Made by a program: the position numbers and the translations under genes. Shown here one piece after another: positions 17,486-25,754 of a stretch of DNA of 25,754 nucleotides. The notes below the pieces were generated by a model. It saw only the letters and a list, made by a program, of their open reading frames with translations. It made no database searches and had not been told where the DNA came from. Source of the stretch: a virus (Duplodnaviria > Heunggongvirae > Uroviricota > Caudoviricetes); the IMG/VR virus record IMGVR_UViG_2778261588_000001; one strand, given 5' to 3'. Position 1 is the stretch's first letter; each line of letters opens with the position of its first letter.

Positions 17486-18562
17486 TTACCCCCTGAAGCC
17501 CGGCGGAATTTCGTTATCCGGTTCAGAAATATGATTCACACAACGCTGGTTGTTCGTGCCGCTTACCGGGAGCAACCAGGGGTTCTCAAAATTCCGGTCC
17601 GGTCCAAAAAACGTCGTCGCTCGCTGAACAAATTCCGTTCCCGTTTTCCCGGTAGCCGCCAAGTATCTTGCGTAACGCCTCACGCCATCCAGCATGGCCT
17701 CTGGTGGCACCCCCTCGCGTAATCTGGCCTTCCAGGCACTGAAAGCGGATTTCTTCGGGTTTGCCCCAGCACGCAACGGGTACTCCCGCCAGACCTGTTC
17801 GAACACATCCGGATAATCCACTCGTCCCACAGACTGCCCGGTGTTTTCCGGGACTACCCGATCGGCTTCCCGCTGAATGGCGGAATCGGCTTCAGGCTGC
17901 TGCAGTTGGTGTGATTGCTCCGCCCTTGCGGTCATCACCTGCTGCACAGCGCCCGAATCGGCTTTCAGCGCATACGCTGAATCGGCTTCCGGTGTCGTGC
18001 CTGCTGGCTGACCAAGATTGACGGTCTGAACATCCCCTGCCTGGTTCGTGGCGTTTTTTACGCCATGGACCATAGTGTTTTGATCTTCTTGATCTGTATC
18101 TTTATCTGTATCTTTATCTGTCGTGACTCGTCGTGACATGTGCGTGACATTTCGTGACGCGCCGTGACAATCGCCATTTTGTTCCCGCTTTCTTTCCCTC
18201 TCTCGCTGCGCCCTCTTGCGCTCTGCAGGAGATTTTGCGGTTTGCGAAATATTGCCGTTGTCCTCTTTAAGCACCTGGCGTTTTTCCCATCCAGTGATTA
18301 AATCACCATCAAGTACCCGCCCCTGCATCGTCTGCAAAATTGAATCAATTACCTCTTCTGTCACGTCGAGCGCACTTGCCAAATCTTCTGTCGTGACATC
18401 AATGTGACCTCGCGTGACATTTCGTGACGCGCTCACCAGGAGGTGGATATACACTGCCATCACTGTTGCAATTGGCTGCCCTGACACCCTGGCAATTGTT
18501 CGCCACTTAGGGTCATTTGGCATGTCATGCCATAATCTGAGCCAGGCGTTAGCCATACTCAC
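17486..18562 (-). CDS. Phage replication initiation protein, O-like / YdaU-like (358 aa), with internal repeats
   Basis: Position after the cro/YdaT-like genes; N-terminus MSMANAWLRLWHDMPNDPKWRTIARVSGQPIATVMAVY resembles prophage replication proteins; acidic TDKDTDKDTD repeat; contains iteron arrays. Confidence 0.65.
   Translation of the reverse strand: MSMANAWLRLWHDMPNDPKWRTIARVSGQPIATVMAVYIHLLVSASRNVTRGHIDVTTEDLASALDVTEEVIDSILQTMQGRVLDGDLITGWEKRQVLKEDNGNISQTAKSPAERKRAQRERERKREQNGDCHGASRNVTHMSRRVTTDKDTDKDTDQEDQNTMVHGVKNATNQAGDVQTVNLGQPAGTTPEADSAYALKADSGAVQQVMTARAEQSHQLQQPEADSAIQREADRVVPENTGQSVGRVDYPDVFEQVWREYPLRAGANPKKSAFSAWKARLREGVPPEAMLDGVRRYARYLAATGKTGTEFVQRATTFFGPDRNFENPWLLPVSGTNNQRCVNHISEPDNEIPPGFRG
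18121..18168. repeat. Iteron array 1: five TCGTGAC-type repeats at 10-11 bp spacing inside the O-like gene, next to 12-nt tandem ATCTGTATCTTT repeats
   Basis: CGTGAC starts at 18122, 18132, 18143, 18153 and 18163, read directly from the sequence. Confidence 0.55.
18391..18428. repeat. Iteron array 2: four (C/T)GTGAC repeats at 10-11 bp spacing inside the O-like gene
   Basis: Motif starts at 18392, 18403, 18413 and 18423; the 20-mer GCGTGACATTTCGTGACGCG is shared with array 1; an inverted copy GTCACG lies at 18360..18365. Confidence 0.5.
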
Positions 18563-18627
18563 CTCTTTTGATACCGAATCTTTTTACTCACAAATTGCCG
18601 GAAGTGATCCGGTATGAATATTGCGAG

Positions 18628-19053
18628 TCAATGCACAGCCACAATATTTCCTGCAGGGCCACCACGATTCATCTGGTTGAAACCAGCGATCGCCACTGCG
18701 ACAAAATCATCAGCGTCTCTCACCAGTCGTTCCCGCGTCTCCACTAGTTCCCGAAAATAGGCTGAGCTATGGCTGCGCATTCGGGCCACCAGCAGAGGTG
18801 GCATTGCTTTTTCGATAGCTGGTAACAACGCCTGAATTTTTTCAACTGCATCAGGGGTGTCTTTCTCTACCCAGCGGAAAATTTTCTGGGTATTGCGAGC
18901 CAGGGCTTCCGGATGGCTGTCGTCATACAGTTCTGGGAACGTCATACCCAGTTCAAAATAAGCCCTGGTTATTTCAGCTGCCGGAACTTTTTCACCGTCC
19001 GGATGCGCCCAGGCATTCATCGCCATGCGGATGTGTTCATGCTTGATTTTCAT
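18628..19053 (-). CDS. YdaT-like (CII-position) prophage regulatory protein (141 aa)
   Basis: Position directly downstream of the cro-like gene; N-terminus MKIKHEHI and general similarity to Rac YdaT as recalled; uncertain. Confidence 0.55.
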   Translation of the reverse strand: MKIKHEHIRMAMNAWAHPDGEKVPAAEITRAYFELGMTFPELYDDSHPEALARNTQKIFRWVEKDTPDAVEKIQALLPAIEKAMPPLLVARMRSHSSAYFRELVETRERLVRDADDFVAVAIAGFNQMNRGGPAGNIVAVH

Positions 19054-19318
19054 GAATCAAGCTCCTAGAAAGTGGTTGTGTTAACATTTTGGTATCTTCC
19101 AGCTCGGGCCAAATATTCATCCAATCAAAAGGCCTTAGTTGCTGACGTGTAACTTCACCATTACTGGCTCGCTCAATAAGGACACATAACGATGCCCCTA
19201 ACACTTGACCTTTACTCAATGCCTTTCTTAGATAACCGATGCTGGTACCACACTCGCATGCAAACATACGCTGTTCATCTGACGAAAGAGAATTGAGAAA
19301 TATTCTTAATTCTTCCAT
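19037..19318 (-). CDS. Cro-like / YdaS-family HTH regulator (93 aa)
   Basis: Divergent from the repressor gene across a 100-bp operator region; HTH-like segment GTSIGYLRKALSKGQ and ...ERASNGEVTRQQLRP motif. Confidence 0.6.
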   Translation of the reverse strand: MEELRIFLNSLSSDEQRMFACECGTSIGYLRKALSKGQVLGASLCVLIERASNGEVTRQQLRPFDWMNIWPELEDTKMLTQPLSRSLIHENQA

Positions 19319-19329
19319 AGCTACTCCTT

Positions 19330-19391
19330 AGTAAACACAGCAAAGAATACCCACAGGTAAACAAAAGTCAATACCCACAGGTTGTTTACCT
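19330..19391. promoter_or_regulatory. OR-like operator region between the cro-like and repressor genes
   Basis: Direct repeat ATACCCACAGG at 19347..19357 and 19371..19381; 10-bp perfect inverted repeat AGGTAAACAA (19356..19365) / TTGTTTACCT (19382..19391). Confidence 0.5.
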
Positions 19392-19418
19392 TGCAGTAAT
19401 CGCATCTATTATTTACCT

Positions 19419-19838
19419 ATGGACAAATATGAATTTAGACGACAGCAACTCATCAAAATTCGTGATGAGAAATGCGATGGTAAAGCGGTTAACGTGGCCA
19501 GAAAGATCGGGCGCGAGCCTTCTTATGTATCAAGAATGTTGTACCCAGAGGGGAAAAAGGGAAAAAAACGGATCGCTGATGATATGGTGGAGATTATCGA
19601 AGAGTCCTTTGGGTTACCCCGGGGATGGATGGATGGTATCGTTTCATCATCAACGAACACAGCCTCCAGTTATGAAACAAGGGTTCTAACGCCACGACAA
19701 CGTATTTTTTTAGATCTCTTAGACGAACTGCCAGAAAGTGAAGCGGATAACTTATTAAAAACTCTTGAAGAGAAAAAACAGTATTACAATATGATCTACG
19801 AAGAAATCCGTAAAAAGAAAGCACAAAACGCATCATAG
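19419..19838 (+). CDS. Prophage repressor, DicA/RacR-like HTH protein (139 aa)
   Basis: Divergent to the cro-like gene; C-terminal LTPRQRIFLDLLDELPESEADNLL parallels the DicA C-terminus as recalled; no peptidase domain. Confidence 0.7.
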   Translation: MDKYEFRRQQLIKIRDEKCDGKAVNVARKIGREPSYVSRMLYPEGKKGKKRIADDMVEIIEESFGLPRGWMDGIVSSSTNTASSYETRVLTPRQRIFLDLLDELPESEADNLLKTLEEKKQYYNMIYEEIRKKKAQNAS

Positions 19839-19879
19839 CTCACCAAACAACTAGTCACCAGTTAAGACACCGCAAAAAG

Positions 19880-19918
19880 TTACCCATGGGTATTTACTTT
19901 TTAAATACCTATGGGTAT
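19880..19918. promoter_or_regulatory. OL-like operator pair upstream of the early-left (dicB) operon
   Basis: Two palindromes 25 bp apart: TTACCCATGGGTAT (core TACCCATGGGTA perfect) and ATACCTATGGGTAT; half-site TACCCA is shared with the OR repeats. Confidence 0.5.
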
Positions 19919-20103
19919 CCTTCTTTTCATGCCAACCCACCCCGCCCCACAGAATGCAGGGCAATACTTCGAGTTACCAGGCAGTGGTCAGGGGTTAAGT
20001 AGCCAGCCCGAGGCGTAAGAACATGACGGCAGGGTTCAACTTTAATAACTATGCAGCAGGTTTTTGTTCCGCTACCCCGGCGTTAAGGGGAAATGAGGTC
20101 AGC

Positions 20104-20259
20104 ATGGATACTATCGATCTTGGCAACAGCGAATCTCTGGTATGTGGCGTGTTCCCCAACCAAGACGGTACGTTCACCGCGATGACGTATACCAAAAGCA
20201 AAACGTTTAAAACCGAAAATGGTGCCCGTCGCTGGCTGGAAAGAAACTCAGGTGAGTGA
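20104..20259 (+). CDS. Small early-left operon protein (52 aa), ydfA-position
   Basis: ATG at 20104 with SD GAGG upstream; the longer ORF from 20023 lacks an SD. Confidence 0.45.
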   Translation: MDTIDLGNSESLVCGVFPNQDGTFTAMTYTKSKTFKTENGARRWLERNSGE

Positions 20260-20260
20260 T

Positions 20261-20389
20261 ATGGATTTCGACACAATCATGGAAAAGGCTTACGAAGAAT
20301 ACTTCGAAGGTCTTGCCGAAGGCGAAGAAGCTCTCAGCTTCAACGAATTTAAACAGGCGCTTTCCAGTTCGGCAAAATCTAACGGCTGA
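20261..20389 (+). CDS. Small early-left operon protein (42 aa), ydfB-position
   Basis: ATG 1 nt after the upstream stop; translation MDFDTIMEKAYEEYFEGLAEGEEALSFNEFKQALSSSAKSNG. Confidence 0.4.
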   Translation: MDFDTIMEKAYEEYFEGLAEGEEALSFNEFKQALSSSAKSNG

Positions 20390-20418
20390 TAAGCGAAACA
20401 GCACCGCGAGGAATCAGT

Positions 20419-20634
20419 ATGCAGAAACGAGAACCCGTCATCATCGCGCCAGACTATACCGATGATGAACTTTATGAGTGGATGCACCAGAAAATTAATG
20501 CAGCGCAGGATCTGAAATGGGCCAATGAAGCTAGGGCTAAGCAGGCTGAAAATCTGTCCGCTCTGGAGCAGGATATCACCAATCTGGAAAAAGCAGCAGC
20601 ATTAAGCATTGCCAGAATGATTACAGGTTGGTAA
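20419..20634 (+). CDS. Small early-left operon protein (71 aa), ydfC-position
   Basis: SD GAGGA 6 nt upstream of the ATG; position matches the Qin dicB operon. Confidence 0.5.
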   Translation: MQKREPVIIAPDYTDDELYEWMHQKINAAQDLKWANEARAKQAENLSALEQDITNLEKAAALSIARMITGW

Positions 20635-20946
20635 TAAAGGAGTTCTCCACGGGTGAGGTGGAGTGCGTGTGCCGGACACGGGTGAGCATCCGGCACTGAC
20701 AGTTTACTGAAAGGATATTTCCCTGAAAAGTCAGACCATAACGCGAAAGCGCACGGCGAGGTAGCTGGTTCATAGATAGCCTGTCGTTAAATTTTCGTCG
20801 ACCGTGCGCTTCCGGTTGTGGCAATCCGCGAAATGGCGCGGCGGTAAGTATGGCGGGGTTATTCCTTCCCCCGTTGAGGACACCGGGTTGTCAGGTTGAC
20901 CATACGCTTAAGTGACAACCCCGCTGCAACGCCCTCTGTTATCAAT

Positions 20947-21004
20947 TTTCTGGTGACGTTTGGCGGTATCAGTTTTACTCCGTGACTGCTCTGCCGCCCT
21001 TTTT
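20947..21004 (+). ncRNA. dicF: DicF small RNA (antisense inhibitor of ftsZ and other targets)
   Basis: TTTCTGGTGACGTTTGGCGGTATCAGTTTTACTCCGTGACTGCTCTGCCGCCCTTTTT matches the DicF sequence as recalled, including its 3' terminator; lies just upstream of dicB. Confidence 0.7.
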
Positions 21005-21173
21005 AAAGTGAATTTTGTGATGTGGTGAATGCGGCTGAGCGCACGCGGAACAGTTAAAACCAAAAACAGTGTTATGGGTGGATTCTCTGTATCCGGCGTT
21101 AATTGTTAACTGGTTAACGTCACCTGGAGGCACCAGGCACCGCATCACAAAATTCATTGTTGAGGACGCGATA

Positions 21174-21362
21174 ATGAAAACGTTATTACCAAACGTTAAT
21201 ACGTCTGAAGGTTGTTTTGAAATTGGTGTCACTATCAGTAACCCAGTATTTACTGAAGATGCCATTAACAAGAGAAAACAAGAACGGGAGCTATTAAATA
21301 AAATATGCATTGTTTCAATGCTGGCTCGTTTACGTCTGATGCCAAAAAGATGTGCACAATGA
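21174..21362 (+). CDS. dicB: Cell division inhibitor DicB (62 aa)
   Basis: MKTLLPNVNTSEGCFEIGVTISNPVFTEDAINKRKQERELLNKICIVSMLARLR... is near-identical to E. coli DicB as recalled; SD GAGGA 8 nt upstream. Confidence 0.85.
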   Translation: MKTLLPNVNTSEGCFEIGVTISNPVFTEDAINKRKQERELLNKICIVSMLARLRLMPKRCAQ

Positions 21363-21550
21363 ATTCAGCATTTGCGCTTGTTCTGACAGTTTTTCTTGTT
21401 TCCGGAGAGCCAGTTGATATTGCAGTCAGTGTTCACAGGACAATGCAGGAGTGTATGACTGCAGCAACCGAACAGAAAATTCCCGGTAACTGTTACCCGG
21501 TCGATAAAGTTATTCACCAGGATAATATCGAAATCCCGGCAGGTCTTTAA
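21359..21550 (+). CDS. ydfD: YdfD-like small membrane protein (63 aa)
   Basis: ATG overlaps the dicB stop (ATGA); hydrophobic N-terminus MNSAFALVLTVFLVSG; position and length match Qin ydfD. Confidence 0.65.
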   Translation: MNSAFALVLTVFLVSGEPVDIAVSVHRTMQECMTAATEQKIPGNCYPVDKVIHQDNIEIPAGL

Positions 21551-21643
21551 AACAGTTCCGTAATAAATATCCGGTTTCATTCTTATATGCCAGCAATGGC
21601 AGGGATTTATTCATCCTTAAATCTGTCATGAGGTTAAAATAAA

Positions 21644-24115
21644 ATGAGTAAAGTCTTTATTTGCGCCGCTATTCCTGACGAACTGGCAACAAGGGAAGAA
21701 GGCGCTGTGGCTGTAGCCACAGCCATTGAAGCTGGCGACGAACGCCGTGCTCGAGCAAAATTTCACTGGCAATTCCTGGAACATTATCCGGCTGCTCAGG
21801 ACTGCGCTTATAAATTTATTGTCTGCGAGGATAAACCTGGCATACCCCGCCCAGCCCTCGATTCATGGGATGCTGAATATATGCAGGAAAACCGCTGGGA
21901 TGAGGATTCTGCTTCTTTTGTTCCGGTTGAGACTGAATCCGATCCGATGAACGTCACTTTTGACAAGCTGGCCCCTGAAGTACAGAACGCTGTCATGGTT
22001 AAGTTCGACACATGTGAAAACATCACCGTTGATATGATTATTAGCGCGCAGGAATTGTTGCAGGAAGACATGGCAACATTCGACGGACATATCGTTGAAG
22101 CGTTGATGAAAATGCCAGAAGTTAACGCCATGTATCCGGAGCTTAAGTTGCACGCCATTGGGTGGGTTAAGCATAAATGTATTCCTAGTGCTAAATGGCC
22201 CGAAATTCAGGCAGAGATGCGCATCTGGAAAAAACGTCGCGAAGGTGAACGCAAGGAAACCGGAAAATACACGTCTGTTGTTGATCTCGCCCGCGCCAGA
22301 ACCAATCAACAGTACACTGAAAATTCAACAGGAAAAATCTGCCCGGTCATTGCTGCCATTCATCGCGAATACAAGCAGACATGGAAAACACTGGATGACG
22401 AACTGGCCTACGCTCTCTGGCCTGGTGATGTGGGTGCCGGAAACATTGACGGCAGCATCCATCGCTGGGCAAAAAAAGAAGTTATCGACAACGACCGCGA
22501 AGACTGGAAGCGTATCTCGGCATCAATGCGCAAACAGCCTGATGCCCTTCGCTACGACCGCCAAACTATTTTTGGCCTTGTCCGTGAGCGTCCGATCGAC
22601 ATTCACAAAGATCCCGTAGCACTGAACAAATATATCTGCGAATACCTGACGACAAAGGGCGCGTTTGAGAATGAAGAAACAGACCTGGGCACTGTTGATG
22701 TTCTCCAGTCATCAGAAACACAAACTGATGCAGTGGAAACTGAGGTATCTGATATCCCAAAAAATGAAACCGCGCCGGAAGCTGAACCATCTGTAGAGCG
22801 TGAGGGGCCGTTCTATTTCCTCTTCGCAGATAAGGACGGAGAAAAATACGGTCGCGCAAACAAACTTTCTGGTCTGGATAAGGCACTGGCTGCTGGCGCC
22901 ACTGAAATCACAAAAGAAGAATATTTTGCCCGAAAAAATGGCACATACACGGGCTTACCGCAAAATGTAGATACCGCTGAAGATTCAGAACAACCAGAGC
23001 CGATAAAAGTTACCGCTGACGAAGTAAACAAAATTATGCAGGCAGCCAATATCAGCCAGCCTGACGCCGATAAGTTGCTTGCTGCATCACGTGGTGAATT
23101 TGTTGAAGGGATTAGTGACCCGAATGATCCGAAATGGGTTAAGGGGATCCAGACCCGCGATTCTGTGAACCAGAACCAGCATGAATCGGAACGGAACTAC
23201 CAAAAAGCGGAACAAAACAGTCCAAATGCGTTACAAAACGAGCCAGAAACGAAACAGCCTGAACCAGTGGCGCAACAGGAAGTGGAAAAAGCCTGCACCG
23301 CTTGCGGTCAGACCGGCGGCGGCAACTGCCCTGATTGTGGCGCGGTGATGGGCGACGCAACATACCAAGAAACATTCGATGAAGAGTATCAGGTTGAAGT
23401 TCAGGAAGATGATCCGGAGGAAATGGAAGGCGCTGAACATCCACACAAGGAGAACACTGGCGGCAATCAGCATCACAATAGCGATAATGAAACTGGCGAG
23501 ACGGCAGATCACCCAATTAAGGTGAACGGTCATCACGAAATCACATCCACCAGCAGGACGTGTGACCATCTAATGATCGACCTTGAAACCATGGGAAAAA
23601 ATCCTGATGCCCCGATCATCTCAATAGGTGCAATATTTTTCGATCCGCAAACCGGAGATATGGGACCGGAATTTAGTAAGACTATCGATCTGGAAACTGC
23701 TGGCGGAGTCATTGATCGGGACACCATTAAATGGTGGCTTAAGCAATCACGCGAAGCGCAATCTGCCATTATGACCGATGAAATCCCGTTAGATGATGCA
23801 CTGTTACAATTGCGGGAATTTATCGACGAAAACTCCGGTGAATTTTTTGTTCATGTCTGGGGAAATGGAGCCAACTTCGACAACACGATTTTGCGCCGTT
23901 CATACGAACGGCAGGGGATCCCCTGCCCGTGGCGTTACTACAACGATCGCGATGTACGCACAATCGTTGAGCTGGGGAAAGCCATAGACTTCGATGCCAG
24001 AACGGCTATTCCATTCGAAGGTGAGCGCCATAATGCACTTGATGACGCCCGTTACCAGGCAAAATACGTTTCAGTTATCTGGCAAAAACTGATCCCGAGT
24101 CAGGCTGATTCTTAA
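21644..24115 (+). CDS. Large early protein (823 aa) with C-terminal DEDDh 3'-5' exonuclease domain and central zinc ribbon
   Basis: C-terminal motifs MIDLETMG (Exo I), WGNGANFD (Exo II) and HNALDDARYQ (Exo III); CTACGQTGGGNCPDCG zinc ribbon; N-terminus resembles prophage proteins often annotated exodeoxyribonuclease VIII. Confidence 0.8.
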   Translation: MSKVFICAAIPDELATREEGAVAVATAIEAGDERRARAKFHWQFLEHYPAAQDCAYKFIVCEDKPGIPRPALDSWDAEYMQENRWDEDSASFVPVETESDPMNVTFDKLAPEVQNAVMVKFDTCENITVDMIISAQELLQEDMATFDGHIVEALMKMPEVNAMYPELKLHAIGWVKHKCIPSAKWPEIQAEMRIWKKRREGERKETGKYTSVVDLARARTNQQYTENSTGKICPVIAAIHREYKQTWKTLDDELAYALWPGDVGAGNIDGSIHRWAKKEVIDNDREDWKRISASMRKQPDALRYDRQTIFGLVRERPIDIHKDPVALNKYICEYLTTKGAFENEETDLGTVDVLQSSETQTDAVETEVSDIPKNETAPEAEPSVEREGPFYFLFADKDGEKYGRANKLSGLDKALAAGATEITKEEYFARKNGTYTGLPQNVDTAEDSEQPEPIKVTADEVNKIMQAANISQPDADKLLAASRGEFVEGISDPNDPKWVKGIQTRDSVNQNQHESERNYQKAEQNSPNALQNEPETKQPEPVAQQEVEKACTACGQTGGGNCPDCGAVMGDATYQETFDEEYQVEVQEDDPEEMEGAEHPHKENTGGNQHHNSDNETGETADHPIKVNGHHEITSTSRTCDHLMIDLETMGKNPDAPIISIGAIFFDPQTGDMGPEFSKTIDLETAGGVIDRDTIKWWLKQSREAQSAIMTDEIPLDDALLQLREFIDENSGEFFVHVWGNGANFDNTILRRSYERQGIPCPWRYYNDRDVRTIVELGKAIDFDARTAIPFEGERHNALDDARYQAKYVSVIWQKLIPSQADS

Positions 24116-24187
24116 TGTTCAACTGTCGCCGGTTGTGACTGGTATTCTGCAACCGGCGCTCGTCTAATGTAAGAGATAAAGAAATCG

Positions 24188-24439
24188 ATGAGCGAAGTAA
24201 TCATGATTGTCTCTCCCGGCAAATGGGTATCCGAAGAGCAGTTAATTGCGCTGAAAGGAATAAAAAAAGGTACGTTAAAAAAGGCCCGGGAAAAATCGTT
24301 TATGGAAGGAAGGGAATATAAGCATGTCGCTCATGACGGTATGCCATGGGATAACAGCCCATGCTTTTACAACCTGGAAGAAATTGATCGCTGGATTGAG
24401 CGCCAGGCATCAGCGAGACCAAGACGTCATCTTACTTGA
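24188..24439 (+). CDS. Putative excisionase-like protein (83 aa)
   Basis: Small ORF immediately upstream of the integrase; assignment by position only. Confidence 0.45.
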   Translation: MSEVIMIVSPGKWVSEEQLIALKGIKKGTLKKAREKSFMEGREYKHVAHDGMPWDNSPCFYNLEEIDRWIERQASARPRRHLT

Positions 24440-24473
24440 CTAAAAGCCACACTAACTAATGAGAGAAGTTGAA

Positions 24474-25754
24474 ATGAAATATCCGACAGGCGTGGAAAAC
24501 CATGGAGGGAAATTACGTATCTGGTTTGTTTATAAAGGCGTAAGAGTCAGGGAAAATCTGGGGGTTCCTGACACAGCAAAAAACAGGCGCGTTGCAGGTG
24601 AACTACGCGCCTCTGTTTGTTACGCAATAAAAACTGGTGTTTTCGACTATGCAAAACAGTTTCCCTCCTCACGCAATCTGGAAAAATTTGGTGAGGCCCG
24701 ACAAGATTTAACCATAAAAGAACTGGCTGAAAAATTTCTGGCACTGAAAGAAACTGAAGTCGCAAAAACATCACTCAACACATACCGTGCCGTCATCAAA
24801 AATATCCTGAGCATAATCGGTGAAAAAAATCTTGCCTCATCGATTAATAAAGAAAAATTACTGGAGGTTCGTAAAGAGCTACTGACTGGATACCAGATCC
24901 CCAAAAGTAACTATATTGTTACACAACCAGGGAGATCGGCTGTAACTGTAAATAATTACATGACAAATCTTAACGCCGTGTTCCAGTTTGGTGTTGATAA
25001 CGGTTACCTGGCAGATAACCCGTTTAAGGGGATCTCGCCATTAAAGGAATCAAGAACCATTCCGGATCCTCTTTCGCGGGAGGAATTCATCCGTCTTATC
25101 GATGCGTGCAGAAATCAGCAAGCCAAAAATTTATGGTGTGTTTCTGTTTATACTGGCGTTCGCCCTGGTGAGCTGTGTGCACTTGGATGGGAGGACATAG
25201 ATCTGAAAAATGGAACAATGATGATCAGGAGAAATTTAGCAAAAGACCGTTTCACGGTACCAAAAACACAGGCGGGAACCAATCGGGTCATTCATCTTAT
25301 TAAGCCAGCAATCGACGCTCTCCGGAGTCAGATGACATTAACGAGACTGAGCAAAGAGCATATCATTGATGTTCACCTCAGAGAGTATGGCAGAACAGAA
25401 AAACATAAATGCACCTTTGTTTTTCAACCTGAAGTGTCAGCGAGAGTAAAAAATTATGGTGACCATTTTACCGTTGACTCAATAAGGCAGATGTGGGACG
25501 CAGCGATAAAACGTGCCGGACTCCGCCATCGAAAATCATATCAGTCGAGACATACTTATGCCTGCTGGTCGCTGACTGCTGGTGCTAACCCGGCATTTAT
25601 AGCAAACCAGATGGGCCATGCAGATGCGCAAATGGTATTTCAGGTATACGGAAAATGGATGTCTGAAAACAATAATGCACAGGTAGCTTTGTTAAATACA
25701 CAGTTAAGCGAGTTTGCCCCAACCATGCCCCATAACGAAGCAATGAAAAATTAA
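24474..25754 (+). CDS. Tyrosine integrase, Rac IntR-like (about 426 aa)
   Basis: C-terminal catalytic region REYGRTEK...RHTYACWSLTAGANPAFIANQMGH...QVYGKW is typical of tyrosine recombinases and resembles IntR as recalled; ATG at 24474 preferred over 24459 for its SD-like GAGAGAAG; stop is the last codon of the window. Confidence 0.85.
   Translation: MKYPTGVENHGGKLRIWFVYKGVRVRENLGVPDTAKNRRVAGELRASVCYAIKTGVFDYAKQFPSSRNLEKFGEARQDLTIKELAEKFLALKETEVAKTSLNTYRAVIKNILSIIGEKNLASSINKEKLLEVRKELLTGYQIPKSNYIVTQPGRSAVTVNNYMTNLNAVFQFGVDNGYLADNPFKGISPLKESRTIPDPLSREEFIRLIDACRNQQAKNLWCVSVYTGVRPGELCALGWEDIDLKNGTMMIRRNLAKDRFTVPKTQAGTNRVIHLIKPAIDALRSQMTLTRLSKEHIIDVHLREYGRTEKHKCTFVFQPEVSARVKNYGDHFTVDSIRQMWDAAIKRAGLRHRKSYQSRHTYACWSLTAGANPAFIANQMGHADAQMVFQVYGKWMSENNNAQVALLNTQLSEFAPTMPHNEAMKN

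Larger units (their letters stand above)
1285..25754. mobile_element. Degraded lambdoid (Qin-like) cryptic prophage; int at right end, tail-fibre remnants at left end, no morphogenesis genes
   Basis: Gene order int-xis-exo-dicB operon-repressor/cro-O-like-hok-DUF968-rusA-Q-tRNAs-holin/lysozyme-stf'-tfa matches the lambda prophage map; no terminase, portal, capsid or tail ORFs. Left boundary inferred near 1285; right att site lies beyond the window. Confidence 0.8.

Noticed and set aside
21726-23769. Multiple ORFs inside and antisense to the 823-aa exonuclease gene
   Set aside because: Overlap a long, motif-supported ORF; no independent start signals.
21644-24115. Considered calling the 823-aa protein RecE (exonuclease VIII)
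   Set aside because: The C-terminus shows DEDDh (DnaQ-like) motifs, which I do not associate with the RecE nuclease fold; kept as a generic exonuclease-domain protein pending alignment.
1-25754. Scanned for CRISPR arrays and IS elements
   Set aside because: No regularly spaced direct repeats with unique spacers and no transposase-like ORFs with terminal inverted repeats were seen.

Overview
This window is almost entirely one degraded lambdoid (Qin-like) cryptic prophage, running from about 1285 to the window end, inserted beside a ydfJ-like MFS transporter gene (1..1284, minus strand). Reading right to left in lambda order: tyrosine integrase and putative excisionase at the right edge; a large DEDDh-exonuclease protein; the dicB/dicF cell-division-inhibitor operon; a DicA-like repressor and divergent Cro-like gene with operator repeats; a YdaT-like protein and an O-like replication gene carrying internal iterons; a hok toxin; DUF968, RusA and a Q antiterminator; two tRNAs (Ile-CAU, Arg-UCU); a deletion-damaged pinholin/endolysin pair; a tail-fibre 3' remnant plus tail fibre assembly gene; and an AT-rich terminal region. 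No terminase, head or tail genes remain. Two accessory insertions stand out. First, between the tRNAs and the holin sit a gene of unknown function and two tandem lipoproteins whose C-terminal domains resemble TolA domain III, a candidate periplasmic decoy against Tol-dependent colicins or phages. Second, a GC-richer 6.3 kb cargo block (MFS transporter, ChaC-like, LysR, membrane protein, BetT-like BCCT transporter) lies inside the prophage, punctuated by near-identical hairpin repeats. All homology calls are from memory of family sequences and need alignment.
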